Shown here one piece after another: positions 49,384-58,943 of a DNA stretch of 64,000 nucleotides. The notes below the pieces were generated by a model. The model was not told the origin of the DNA, searched no databases, and was given only the letters and a program-made list of their open reading frames with translations. Source of the stretch: an uncultured Bacilli bacterium (GTDB taxonomy: Bacteria; Bacillota_I; Bacilli_A; RF39; UBA660); NCBI GenBank assembly GCA_963931545.1, contig OZ007025.1:887692-951691 (forward strand), read 5' to 3'. Position 1 is the first letter of the stretch. Every line of letters starts with the position of its first letter. The position numbers and the translations under genes are program-made.

Positions 49384-49881
49384 TCAATTTCTTGTATTTT
49401 GGATTTTATCATATGTGATTGCAAGTGCATATTTAAAATTATCATTAGCTTCTATATCCATCATTAAATCATTATATTTTTCATTTTCGATTGGGTATGA
49501 AAAAATACATAAATCTTTTGGTTTTGATTTCTTTTTTGTTCTTAATATTGTTTCTATTTGGGCTATATCGGAAGTTATAATATCATATTTATCTGTTCCT
49601 TTATATTTTAAAACGGTTTTTATCATCAAAAATGTTATTACACTATGGTTAAATTCTTTTCTAAAATATTCATCTAATAGTTTAAACTGAGTTCTATAAT
49701 CATTATAATTACTTATAAACGAATAATCTTTGTTATATATCATCATAATTAATTTTACTAAGTCATATTTTTGATAATTATATTTATCTTTAGTATATTT
49801 TATTGCATCATCTAAAATATCATAAACTGGGTTTAAAAATTCTAATTTTAACCTTTGATTCAATACATCTTCACTTGTCAT
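49384..49881 (-). CDS. Hypothetical protein
   Basis: The ORF was called on coding potential only. Confidence 0.2.
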   Translation of the reverse strand: MTSEDVLNQRLKLEFLNPVYDILDDAIKYTKDKYNYQKYDLVKLIMMIYNKDYSFISNYNDYRTQFKLLDEYFRKEFNHSVITFLMIKTVLKYKGTDKYDIITSDIAQIETILRTKKKSKPKDLCIFSYPIENEKYNDLMMDIEANDNFKYALAITYDKIQNTRN

Positions 49882-50095
49882 ATTTTTCCCCTTTTCTATT
49901 ATTAATATTATAACAAATTTTAGGTATGAAAAAAAGAGCTTTCAGCCCTTAATTGGTTACACTAATTAATTTATAATTAAGTACATTTATACTACTTTAA
50001 TATATTTTTTTAGTATAATATTTTTTATTGTTTACTATATGCGATGTATTTCATAAATGATATTTATTAAATAGCATTATAATTTAAAGCGTTTT

Positions 50096-51523
50096 TTAAT
50101 TTATTTTAATTGATTTCATTGTATTTTCATTTGCTATTATTGCTATGTTTGCTTCATTTAATTTAGAATAATTATATATTTTATTTTCTTTTAAATTATC
50201 AATAAATTCGTTATATCTATTTTTTTCATAATTATTACTATAATCATAATTTAAGGATATGTAGTTATAGTTTTTTTCACAAGTATTATTATAAGTACAA
50301 GTATCATCAGAAAAAACATATTCTGATTCATTATATATATCAATGATTGTATCATCTTTATGGTAAGTAATTTTAAGTATTAATTCATTATCTTTCATGG
50401 TATTGTCTATTTTTTTAGTAATATTTCCGTTTAAAGTGCTATTTATATAATATGGATTATCTGAAGTAAAATTTTTTGTTATAATTTCTTTTTTATATGA
50501 TGGTGCTTCATTAATATACTCGATATTTGTTACCATATCAATAAAGAAAAGCGCTCCAAATACAGTTATTATTAAGCCTACAAAAAATGGAATTATAGTT
50601 GTTTTTCCTTTAGAAAATGTTAAATTAAATATAATAATAGTAAACCATATAAATAATAATGATATACCTAACATCAATAAAGTTAAACCTAGTAAATTGA
50701 TACCTTTTATCCAATAAAATATAGAAAGTATTAGACCTAATGAAGAAAAAATATCAATACAAAATAATGGCAACAAAATAAATATAATTACCCATATTTT
50801 TAAGATTAATAAGAATACGGAGCCAATGGTGGGACCAGTCCTTTGAATTATTTTAACTTCCTTAGCTTTTGTTTCATCTTTTTTTAAATTATGAATACCA
50901 TTTTGCTTATCTATTTTATCTTTTGATTCTAATGTTTTATTTTCCTTTTTAAAATATTGTTTAAATAAATTTATAATTATCAAGAATCCTATACTTAAAT
51001 AAAGAGCGATAAAAAGGATAAAGATAATTATTTTTATTATAAAGCTAAATGGCTCAAAGAATGTTTCAGCCAAAGAAAATCCTATACTTCCTATAAATCT
51101 TAAAGGAATAGTTATTATAGCTAAAATAATTAATGTGAAAAATATTTTGATTATTATTTCAAAGGCAAGATTTAAATTCATTTCGGCATCATTATCTTTA
51201 ATGTTATCTGCAAATTCTCGTGTCATATCAGCTAATTTATTCGCACCTTTTTTTATTAATCTTTCTCCTTCTTCAGTAAACTTACTTAAATTTCCTTCTT
51301 TGTGATTATAGTCTGGGTCTATTTTATAAGCATCTAATATACCGCTTACTAATTCATCTATATTTCCAAAATCTTCTACTGCTTCTTCTTCTGTTTGTCC
51401 ATGTTTTACTTTTTCTTCAATGGTAGCTTTGTATTCATCGATAATATCTTTTCTTTCTTTTTCATTTAATATTGCCAGTGCTTTTTCTAATTTGTTTAAA
51501 AATTCTTTTTTATTCATCAACAA
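50096..51523 (-). CDS. DUF1700/HAAS-domain membrane protein (PadR-associated sensor)
   Basis: The N-terminal HAAS-like helix bundle (FLNKLEKALAILNEKERKDIIDEYKATIEE...GQTEEEAVEDFG) is followed by multiple TM helices. The gene overlaps padR. Confidence 0.5.
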   Translation of the reverse strand: MLMNKKEFLNKLEKALAILNEKERKDIIDEYKATIEEKVKHGQTEEEAVEDFGNIDELVSGILDAYKIDPDYNHKEGNLSKFTEEGERLIKKGANKLADMTREFADNIKDNDAEMNLNLAFEIIIKIFFTLIILAIITIPLRFIGSIGFSLAETFFEPFSFIIKIIIFILFIALYLSIGFLIIINLFKQYFKKENKTLESKDKIDKQNGIHNLKKDETKAKEVKIIQRTGPTIGSVFLLILKIWVIIFILLPLFCIDIFSSLGLILSIFYWIKGINLLGLTLLMLGISLLFIWFTIIIFNLTFSKGKTTIIPFFVGLIITVFGALFFIDMVTNIEYINEAPSYKKEIITKNFTSDNPYYINSTLNGNITKKIDNTMKDNELILKITYHKDDTIIDIYNESEYVFSDDTCTYNNTCEKNYNYISLNYDYSNNYEKNRYNEFIDNLKENKIYNYSKLNEANIAIIANENTMKSIKIN

Positions 51524-51834
51524 TCACTCTTTCTAATAAATTCATTAACCGAATCACTAAATTCTTGCCATGCTTTTTTTAATTCTTTTAGTCTACTTTT
51601 ACCTAATACTGTTATTTTATAATATTTTCTAGATGGTCCTTCGGTAGATTCTTGCATATATGTTTCAAAATAATTTTCATTAGTCAGTCTTTTAAGTAAT
51701 GGATAAATTGTTCCTTCATTTACATCAACTACCTTAGAAACTTCAAGTACTAATTCATAACCATACATATCTTTTTTATTTACAGATACTAAAACAATAA
51801 GTTCTAAAACGCCTTTTTTAAATTGTGAGTTCAT
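51517..51834 (-). CDS. PadR-family transcriptional regulator
   Basis: The sequence VLELIVLVSVNKKDMYGYELVLEV...GTIYPLLKRL is a PadR wHTH. Confidence 0.75.
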   Translation of the reverse strand: MNSQFKKGVLELIVLVSVNKKDMYGYELVLEVSKVVDVNEGTIYPLLKRLTNENYFETYMQESTEGPSRKYYKITVLGKSRLKELKKAWQEFSDSVNEFIRKSDC

Positions 51835-51984
51835 AAATCACCTCTTTATTGACATTATATTCCAACTACTTTGCATTGTCAAGTACTAAATTATAAAAGG
51901 TAGTTAGGCATTTGTCAACTAATGGTATTTTTATTGAAAATAGTTTATATTTGTAGTATACTTATTTTAATAGGAGGCCATAAG

Positions 51985-52554
51985 ATGAACGATAAAATGA
52001 ATAATTTTGGTCAGGATGACCATATGTCTGATGTTAATCCAGAAGTAAAAACTAGTCAAAATTTAGAAGCTATTGAAAGATTGTTTGAAGAATGGGATGA
52101 TGATAGAACTACTTCTGATGATATGGGTTATGTGACAAGTGATTCTAGTGTGAGTGAGCCATATTCTAATAGTTCATTTTATGAAGAACTATTACACGAT
52201 AAGAAAAGATATGATACTGGGTTAAAAGATTCTACTAATTCAAATCAAACTAATTATAGTGCGGAAAGTAATGATGAGTTAGATAAAACTAGAGAAATTG
52301 ACAGTGTTGATTTAGCTGAATTAAAAGCTATCCAAGCAGAACTTCATAGAATATATGATGAAGATACAAAGCCTGATTTAGAAAGTAATTCTCCTAGTCA
52401 AAGTAAAGGAAAATCTTTAACTAAAGCCACTAAACAAGGTATTGCTTTTTCTAACGGAAGTTTAACTAGAACATTTTTAGATTGTGTGGTTTTATGTTTT
52501 GTTACTGCTTCTATGGGATTTGTCTTTTTAATGAATATAATAAATCATATATAA
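51985..52554 (+). CDS. Hypothetical acidic protein with C-terminal TM helix
   Basis: A TAGGAGG RBS precedes the ATG at 51985. The product is low-complexity and acidic with a C-terminal hydrophobic segment. Confidence 0.25.
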   Translation: MNDKMNNFGQDDHMSDVNPEVKTSQNLEAIERLFEEWDDDRTTSDDMGYVTSDSSVSEPYSNSSFYEELLHDKKRYDTGLKDSTNSNQTNYSAESNDELDKTREIDSVDLAELKAIQAELHRIYDEDTKPDLESNSPSQSKGKSLTKATKQGIAFSNGSLTRTFLDCVVLCFVTASMGFVFLMNIINHI

Positions 52555-52626
52555 ATTAAGGATTATTCCTTAGTTTTTTTTGTATTATAATTTTTTTATC
52601 ACATATAATTTTATTAGAGGTGTGAT

Positions 52627-53319
52627 ATGTTTGATTTTTTGAAGAAACTATTTAAAGATTTTTATCTTTTTACAGCTTCTTATTCTAATAATGTTTTTCC
52701 TGACCCACTTTCTAAGGAAGATGAAGAAAAATATATTAAATTAGCCAATATGGGAGATATGGAAGCAAGAAATAAACTTATAGAACATAATTTAAGATTG
52801 GTTGCTCATATTGTGAAAAAATATGACCATGGGTCTGATATGTCTGATGATTTAATTAGTATTGGGACTATTGGTTTAATTAAAGGGGTTGATAGCTATT
52901 CTTTTAAATATAAAACTAGACTTACTACTTACTGTGCGAGATGCATTGAAAATGAGATTTTAATGTTTTTTAGGTCAGATAAGAAAAATAATAAAAATAT
53001 AAGTATAGATGAGCCTATTGGTTTTGATAAAGAAGGAAATGCAATTACTTTTTTAGATATTTTGAAAACCGATAAACCTGATTTTGCTTTAGATATACAT
53101 ATACAAAATAATGTGAAATTATTAAAAAAATATTTTAATGTTTTGACTGATAGAGAAAAAGAAATTATTATTAAAAGATATGGTTTAGATGGTAAAGATG
53201 AGATAACTCAAAAGGAAATTGCGAAAGAAATGGGTATTTCTAGAAGTTATGTTTCTAGAATTGAAAAAAGGGCATTAACTAAGATGCTTAGGGAATTTAT
53301 TAAAAATAAAAATAGTTAA
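52627..53319 (+). CDS. sigK: Sporulation sigma factor SigK (pro-sigma-K with N-terminal pro-sequence), uninterrupted
   Basis: The sequence NNVFPDPLSKEDEEKYIKLANMGDMEARNKLIEHNLRLVAHIVKKY is near-identical to B. subtilis SigK. Region 4 (ISRSYVSRIEKRALTKM) is also present. Confidence 0.8.
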   Translation: MFDFLKKLFKDFYLFTASYSNNVFPDPLSKEDEEKYIKLANMGDMEARNKLIEHNLRLVAHIVKKYDHGSDMSDDLISIGTIGLIKGVDSYSFKYKTRLTTYCARCIENEILMFFRSDKKNNKNISIDEPIGFDKEGNAITFLDILKTDKPDFALDIHIQNNVKLLKKYFNVLTDREKEIIIKRYGLDGKDEITQKEIAKEMGISRSYVSRIEKRALTKMLREFIKNKNS

Positions 53320-53322
53320 TTT

Positions 53323-53350
53323 CTCAAAACTGTGTCTAGACACAGTTTTA
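53323..53350. terminator. Bidirectional terminator (palindrome CTGTGTCTAGACACAG flanked by A- and T-runs)
   Basis: The palindrome lies between the convergent sigK and ileS genes. Confidence 0.55.
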
Positions 53351-53409
53351 AGAAATAGAAAAAACTAGTTTAATGATGTGAATCCCATTTGGAAGACATC
53401 AAATAAAAA

Positions 53410-56139
53410 CTAGTTTTCTTCATTTATAATTTCATGGCATCTTGGGCATAGATGATCTGTTAAGTCAATTTCATTAAAGTAATTCCAGCATCTTTCACAC
53501 CTTTCGCCATCAAATTTTTGAACTTTAACTTCACAGTATTCATATTTTGGAAGTTCATCTGGGGTTAAGATAACATCTGATACAATGAATAATTGTTTTA
53601 ATTTTGTTAAAATTGGTTTTAATGTTTCTTTATCTTCGTCGCGTAAATTTAAGAATACTTTAGCTTCTAAAGATTTACCGATTATTTTTTCGTTTCTTGC
53701 TTCTTCTAAGGCTTTATAAACATCATTTTTAATTTCAAAGAATAATTCGAATATTTCCTTTGTTTCTACTTCATCTTTATATGGTTTTACTTCTGGGAAG
53801 TTTTCTAGATGAACACTCTTTTCTTTTTTACCTGGAAGTAATTTATAAACTTCTTCTGATGTATAAGGTAAAATTGGAGCCATTAATTTAATTAATGAAG
53901 TTAAGATTTCATATAAAACGGTTTGAACACTTCTTCTTTCATCACTATCATATTTTTCAATATATAAAATATCTTTAGTATAATCTAAGTAGAAATTAGA
54001 TAATGAATTGACATAATTATTAATTAATTTATAAATTTCATCAAAGTTATAATTATCGTATTCTTTGATTACTTTTTCAATGATATCATTTAATTCTAAT
54101 AACATATATTTATCAGATATAGGTAATTTATCATAAGGTATTTTATCTTTATCTGGATTAAAGTCAAATAAGTTACCCAACATAAATCTATATGTATTTC
54201 TTATTTTTCTATATGATTCTTTAACTCCAGCTAATAGTTCATCACTAAATCTAACATCTTCAGTATAGTCAACGCTGGCTACCCATAGTCTTAAGATATC
54301 CGCACCTTGTTTACCAACAACATCCATTGGTCTTACAATATTACCAATGCTTTTACTCATTTTAAAGCCTTTACCATCTAAGACAAAACCTGCGGAAACT
54401 AATTCTTTATAAGGACTATGACCACTATAAGCCATACTACAAATTAATGATGAATTAAACCAACCACGGTATTGGTCTGAGCCTTCTAAGTAAACATCAG
54501 CTGGATAAGGTAATTTTCTTTCTAATAAGGTTCCAGCCCAAGATGTTCCTGAGTCAAACCAAACATCCATGATATCTGTTTCTTTAGTAAAGTTACCATT
54601 TGGGCTAGCTGGATTAGTATATCCTTTTGGAAGTAATTCTTTAGCGTCTTTTTCAAACCAAATGTTTGAGCCATATTTTCTAAATAATGAAGCTACATGC
54701 ATCATGACATTGTAATCAACAATAGCTGAGCCATCTTCATTATAGAAGATTGGAATTGGTACACCCCAAGCTCTTTGCCTTGAAATACACCAGTCTCCCC
54801 TATCTTTAATCATGTTATATATTCTAGTTTTACCCCAGTCTGTATGGAATTTAACATTGGTATCTAATTCTTTTAAAATTTCATCTCTTATTTTATCTAC
54901 ACTACAAAACCATTGTTTGGTAGCTCTAAAGATGATTGGTTTTTTTGTTCGCCAGTCATGAGGATATGAGTGAGTTATTTTCTTTAATTTTAATAAATAA
55001 CCGTTTTCTTTTAACCATTCTGGAATTTTTTTATTAGCTTCTTCAACTGTTAATCCTACAAACATTCCAGATTCTTCATTTAAAACACCGTTATCATTTA
55101 CTCCATTTACCATACCTAAGTTGTATTTTTTTCCAACGTTGAAATCATCTTCACCATATGAAGGAGCGGTATGAACTAAACCTGTTCCAGTATCTAAAGT
55201 TACATGGTCTGCAGTTACAACTGGGGATGTTCTATCCATAAATGGATGTTTATAGATAACATTTTCTAAATCTTTTCCTTTAAAGGTTGATAATACTTCA
55301 TAGTTTTCAAATTCAAATTCTTTCATTAAGTCTTCTAATAGATTACTTGCGACAATATAGTTATTATCATCTACTTTTACTTTAGAATATTCAAATTCTG
55401 GGCCAGCACAGACACCCATATTTCCAGGTAAGGTCCAAGGTGTTGTTGTCCAAATGACTAATTTATCTCCTTTATCTACATAATCATTTCCTTCTACAAT
55501 AGTAAAGGCAACGTATATTGATGGATCAGTTTTATCTTTATATTCGATTTCAGCTTCAGCTAGTGCGGTTTCACTACTTGGAGACCAATAAACTGGTTTT
55601 AGTCCTTGGAATATTAAACTTTTTTCAGCCATTTTAGCAAATACTTCAATTTGTCTTGCTTCATATTCTGGATTTAAGGTTATATATGGGTTATCCCAAT
55701 CGGCTATAACATTTAGTCTTTTGAAGTCTTCCATTTGGGTTTCTACTTGTTTTAAGGCATATTCTTTACAGTATTCTCTAAATTCGGCAATGGACATTTT
55801 TTTTCTATCTACACCACTATTGGTAACAGCTTGTTCGATAGGGAGTCCATGAGTATCCCAACCTGGAATATATTCTACATAGTAGCCTTCCATCATTTTA
55901 GAACGGTTGATAAAATCTTTTAATATTTTATTTAATGAATGACCTAGATGAATATTACCATTCGCATAAGGTGGTCCGTCGTGTAAGATGAATGGTTTAT
56001 TGTTTTTATTTTTGTTTTTGATTAGATTATATAAATCCATTTCATCCCATTCTTTACGTTGTTTAACTTCATTTTCTGCTAAGTTGCCCCTCATTTTAAA
56101 TTCTGTTTTTGGCATTAATAATGTATCTTTATAATCCAT
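53410..56139 (-). CDS. ileS: Isoleucyl-tRNA synthetase
   Basis: The HIGH motif (NGNIHLGH), the KMSKS motif and a C-terminal zinc finger (CERC...CPRCH) are present. The gene is 909 aa. Confidence 0.95.
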   Translation of the reverse strand: MDYKDTLLMPKTEFKMRGNLAENEVKQRKEWDEMDLYNLIKNKNKNNKPFILHDGPPYANGNIHLGHSLNKILKDFINRSKMMEGYYVEYIPGWDTHGLPIEQAVTNSGVDRKKMSIAEFREYCKEYALKQVETQMEDFKRLNVIADWDNPYITLNPEYEARQIEVFAKMAEKSLIFQGLKPVYWSPSSETALAEAEIEYKDKTDPSIYVAFTIVEGNDYVDKGDKLVIWTTTPWTLPGNMGVCAGPEFEYSKVKVDDNNYIVASNLLEDLMKEFEFENYEVLSTFKGKDLENVIYKHPFMDRTSPVVTADHVTLDTGTGLVHTAPSYGEDDFNVGKKYNLGMVNGVNDNGVLNEESGMFVGLTVEEANKKIPEWLKENGYLLKLKKITHSYPHDWRTKKPIIFRATKQWFCSVDKIRDEILKELDTNVKFHTDWGKTRIYNMIKDRGDWCISRQRAWGVPIPIFYNEDGSAIVDYNVMMHVASLFRKYGSNIWFEKDAKELLPKGYTNPASPNGNFTKETDIMDVWFDSGTSWAGTLLERKLPYPADVYLEGSDQYRGWFNSSLICSMAYSGHSPYKELVSAGFVLDGKGFKMSKSIGNIVRPMDVVGKQGADILRLWVASVDYTEDVRFSDELLAGVKESYRKIRNTYRFMLGNLFDFNPDKDKIPYDKLPISDKYMLLELNDIIEKVIKEYDNYNFDEIYKLINNYVNSLSNFYLDYTKDILYIEKYDSDERRSVQTVLYEILTSLIKLMAPILPYTSEEVYKLLPGKKEKSVHLENFPEVKPYKDEVETKEIFELFFEIKNDVYKALEEARNEKIIGKSLEAKVFLNLRDEDKETLKPILTKLKQLFIVSDVILTPDELPKYEYCEVKVQKFDGERCERCWNYFNEIDLTDHLCPRCHEIINEEN

Positions 56140-56153
56140 AAATTATATCTCCT

Positions 56154-57338
56154 TTATTTTTTAATTCCTTTTGTTCCATTATATTCACTTAATATATTAG
56201 ATGTAAAACTTGATGTTTTACGCATTTCATTTTTATAATCTTTGATAGCTGATTTAATTAATTCATCAGTTAAGGTTTTATAGTCTTTTCCTTTTGGTTT
56301 ATATAGATAAAATGCGAGTGAGCCTGGTATTGTATTTGGCTCATTAACGTATATTTCATTTGTTTCTTTATTTACTAGATAATCTATTCGGCAAACACCT
56401 TTTAAATTTAATACTCTAAATACTTTTTTAGATATTTCATATATTTGATTTGTCATTTCTTCTGATATTTTAGCGGGGATATCAAATTCGCTTGTCGACA
56501 TAGAAGAAGGCATTTTAGAATTTTTCATACCTTTTCCTTTTGAGGCTCCTAGATATTTATCTTCAAAGGTTAAAAGTTCATGTTTCATTTTCATTTCGGC
56601 AATGAAACTAGTTTCCATATATTCATAGTTACCACAGACAGCACAGTTTAATTCTTGTAAGTTGGGAATCATTTGTTCAATAATGATTTTCTTTTCATAT
56701 TCTAAAGCTTCTTCTATCGCTTTGATTAATTCTTCTTTATTATGGGCGGTACTTATTCCAATAGTACTTCCTAAGTTTGCGGGTTTGACAATTACAGGAT
56801 AGTTTAAGCTTTCTACTTTTTCTATTATTTCATCTTTATTCATATTATATTCAAAGTCGTAAAACCAAATATATTTTGGTGTTTTAATATTATTGGCTTC
56901 TAAAACTTGTTTTAATACGACTTTATCTTGTCCTAAAGCGGCACCTAGTACTGATGGACCAACAACTGGCAAACCTAATGTTTCTAAATATCCAGCTAAA
57001 GAGCCATCTTCTACTCCTTTACCATGAACTATCGGAAAAGCGACATCTATGGTATTAACATTTCTACCAAATAATCCTTTTATTTTTTGTAGGATAATCT
57101 CGTTACCTTTTCGACAAATAGTTATTTCTTTGACAAATTTTTTCATGTTATCAAAGTATTTATATGTATCCATATCTCTTAAAGCCGCCCCTGTATAAAA
57201 GTGTCTATCTTTACTGATATAGATAGGTATAATTTCATATTTTTCCTCATCAATATTTTCCATAGCTTGCAGTGCTGAAATGATACTTACTTCGTGTTCA
57301 ACTGAATCTCCACCAAAAATAACTCCAACTTTAATCAT
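56154..57338 (-). CDS. ddl: D-alanine--D-alanine ligase (ATP-grasp), long form with internal insertion
   Basis: The N-terminal sequence MIKVGVIFGGDSVEHEVSIISA and an ATP-grasp core are present. A roughly 40-aa insertion (KMKHELLTFEDKYLGASKGKGMKNSKMPSS) is also present. Confidence 0.7.
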   Translation of the reverse strand: MIKVGVIFGGDSVEHEVSIISALQAMENIDEEKYEIIPIYISKDRHFYTGAALRDMDTYKYFDNMKKFVKEITICRKGNEIILQKIKGLFGRNVNTIDVAFPIVHGKGVEDGSLAGYLETLGLPVVGPSVLGAALGQDKVVLKQVLEANNIKTPKYIWFYDFEYNMNKDEIIEKVESLNYPVIVKPANLGSTIGISTAHNKEELIKAIEEALEYEKKIIIEQMIPNLQELNCAVCGNYEYMETSFIAEMKMKHELLTFEDKYLGASKGKGMKNSKMPSSMSTSEFDIPAKISEEMTNQIYEISKKVFRVLNLKGVCRIDYLVNKETNEIYVNEPNTIPGSLAFYLYKPKGKDYKTLTDELIKSAIKDYKNEMRKTSSFTSNILSEYNGTKGIKK

Positions 57339-57343
57339 TTAAA

Positions 57344-58942
57344 TCACTCCTTTTCGTTAAATATGTCTGGTAAATCATTTTCTAATAAGACATATGTTTC
57401 ATTTTCTTTTAATGTTTGAATTAATGGGAAAGCTTTTAAAACATCATTTATAATGTGAATTTTATTTTCATCATAATGTTTTTCTTTTAAGCCTTCATAT
57501 ATTGGTTTTGTTTTTTCTGCACCGACTAATATTACTTCGTCGGCACTATCAGCAATTTGTGTTCCAAATATTTTATTTTTTTCATATTCTTCATTACCTA
57601 ACTCAATCATACCTGGGGTTACTACTATATGTTTTCCAGGCATCATTTTTAAAACATCTAAAGCCATTTTAGCTCCTGTTGGATTTGAGTTATAGGCATC
57701 ATCAATTATATTTATATCGCCATTTTTCTTTAATTCTAGGCGGTGTTCAACAGGTTTTACTTTGGCAACTCCAGCTTTTAACTGTTCTATATTCATGCCA
57801 AATTCTATGCCTAAGGCAATGGCGGCTAGAATATTATACACGTTAGCGTATCCCAATAGTTTTGTTTCAAATTTATAAGGTTTATCATCATTTTTAAAAT
57901 AAACATCAAAGGTTGTTCCTTTAGGACTTAGAGTTATGTTTTTAGCTATGACGTCAGCATCTAAACTATCTATACCTATCCATTTTATTTTACAGTTATT
58001 TTTTATTTTATAATTTCTTTGCCACTCATCATCTTTATTTAATATACCTATTCCATCACTTGGTAAAGATTCGATTAGTTCAAATTTTGTTTTTTGAATG
58101 TTTTCCCTTGAACCAAAGGTGGCAAGATGAGCAACACCTATTTTAGTGATTATACCGTATTTCGGATGAACTAAATCACATAATTCTTTAATATCTCCTT
58201 CTTGGCAAGCACCCATTTCTGCTATAAAGACATCAGTGAATTTATCTAGATAATTATTTATGGTAATCATTAGACCAAATGGGGTGTTGAAATTTTTAGG
58301 GGTTGGCATGGAATTATATTTAATATTCAAAATATCATTTAAAATATTTTTACTACTTGTTTTACCATAACTGCCTGTAATACCAACTACTTTTAAGGTT
58401 TTCATGCTTTTTATTTTATTTATAGCTTTTCTTTTAAAATAATAACCGACTAATGATTCAACTGGGGTATTTATTAATAGAGCCACTAAAATATATAGGT
58501 TATTTAAATATGCAATTAGACCTAAGATTAAATAAAAGTAAATTATATTTGTCTCATCTACAAATAAGCTCATAATGATGATTGGAATTAGATGTGTTAA
58601 GATGTTTGTAAATGTTAGTCTTTTTACTCTAGCTGTATATTTAAGAGGTAGTTTGTTTTGAGATTTTTTTCTTTCTAATAATAAGTTTACAGTTAATATT
58701 AGATATAGTACGTTAAAACATAACATTAATAATATTAAGTTATCATAAAAAATAAATATGCTTAGGACTATAAATAATATACTATAATCTTTGAAAGCTT
58801 TTTTAGGATTTTTCTTTAGCCATTTTAGATATGTTTTTTTTCTATTATATTTATTTTGCTGAAGCATGTGCATAGAATCTTGGCTTTTTAAAAATGTATA
58901 AATAAAATAGATAATAACTGTTATTAAAAATATTTTAGTCAT
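57344..58942 (-). CDS. murF: UDP-MurNAc-tripeptide--D-Ala-D-Ala ligase MurF with N-terminal multi-TM extension
   Basis: The Mur ligase P-loop (GITGSYGKTSSKNIL) sits at residue 190. It is preceded by about 170 aa carrying four or five hydrophobic helices. Confidence 0.7.
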   Translation of the reverse strand: MTKIFLITVIIYFIYTFLKSQDSMHMLQQNKYNRKKTYLKWLKKNPKKAFKDYSILFIVLSIFIFYDNLILLMLCFNVLYLILTVNLLLERKKSQNKLPLKYTARVKRLTFTNILTHLIPIIIMSLFVDETNIIYFYLILGLIAYLNNLYILVALLINTPVESLVGYYFKRKAINKIKSMKTLKVVGITGSYGKTSSKNILNDILNIKYNSMPTPKNFNTPFGLMITINNYLDKFTDVFIAEMGACQEGDIKELCDLVHPKYGIITKIGVAHLATFGSRENIQKTKFELIESLPSDGIGILNKDDEWQRNYKIKNNCKIKWIGIDSLDADVIAKNITLSPKGTTFDVYFKNDDKPYKFETKLLGYANVYNILAAIALGIEFGMNIEQLKAGVAKVKPVEHRLELKKNGDINIIDDAYNSNPTGAKMALDVLKMMPGKHIVVTPGMIELGNEEYEKNKIFGTQIADSADEVILVGAEKTKPIYEGLKEKHYDENKIHIINDVLKAFPLIQTLKENETYVLLENDLPDIFNEKE

Positions 58943-58943
58943 G

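Noticed and set aside
52560-52626. Possible sigE/sigK-type promoter (CACATATAAT) upstream of sigK
   Set aside because: The match to the CATA---TA consensus is imperfect and the spacing to a -35 AC element could not be established by eye. It is too weak to call without a TSS map.
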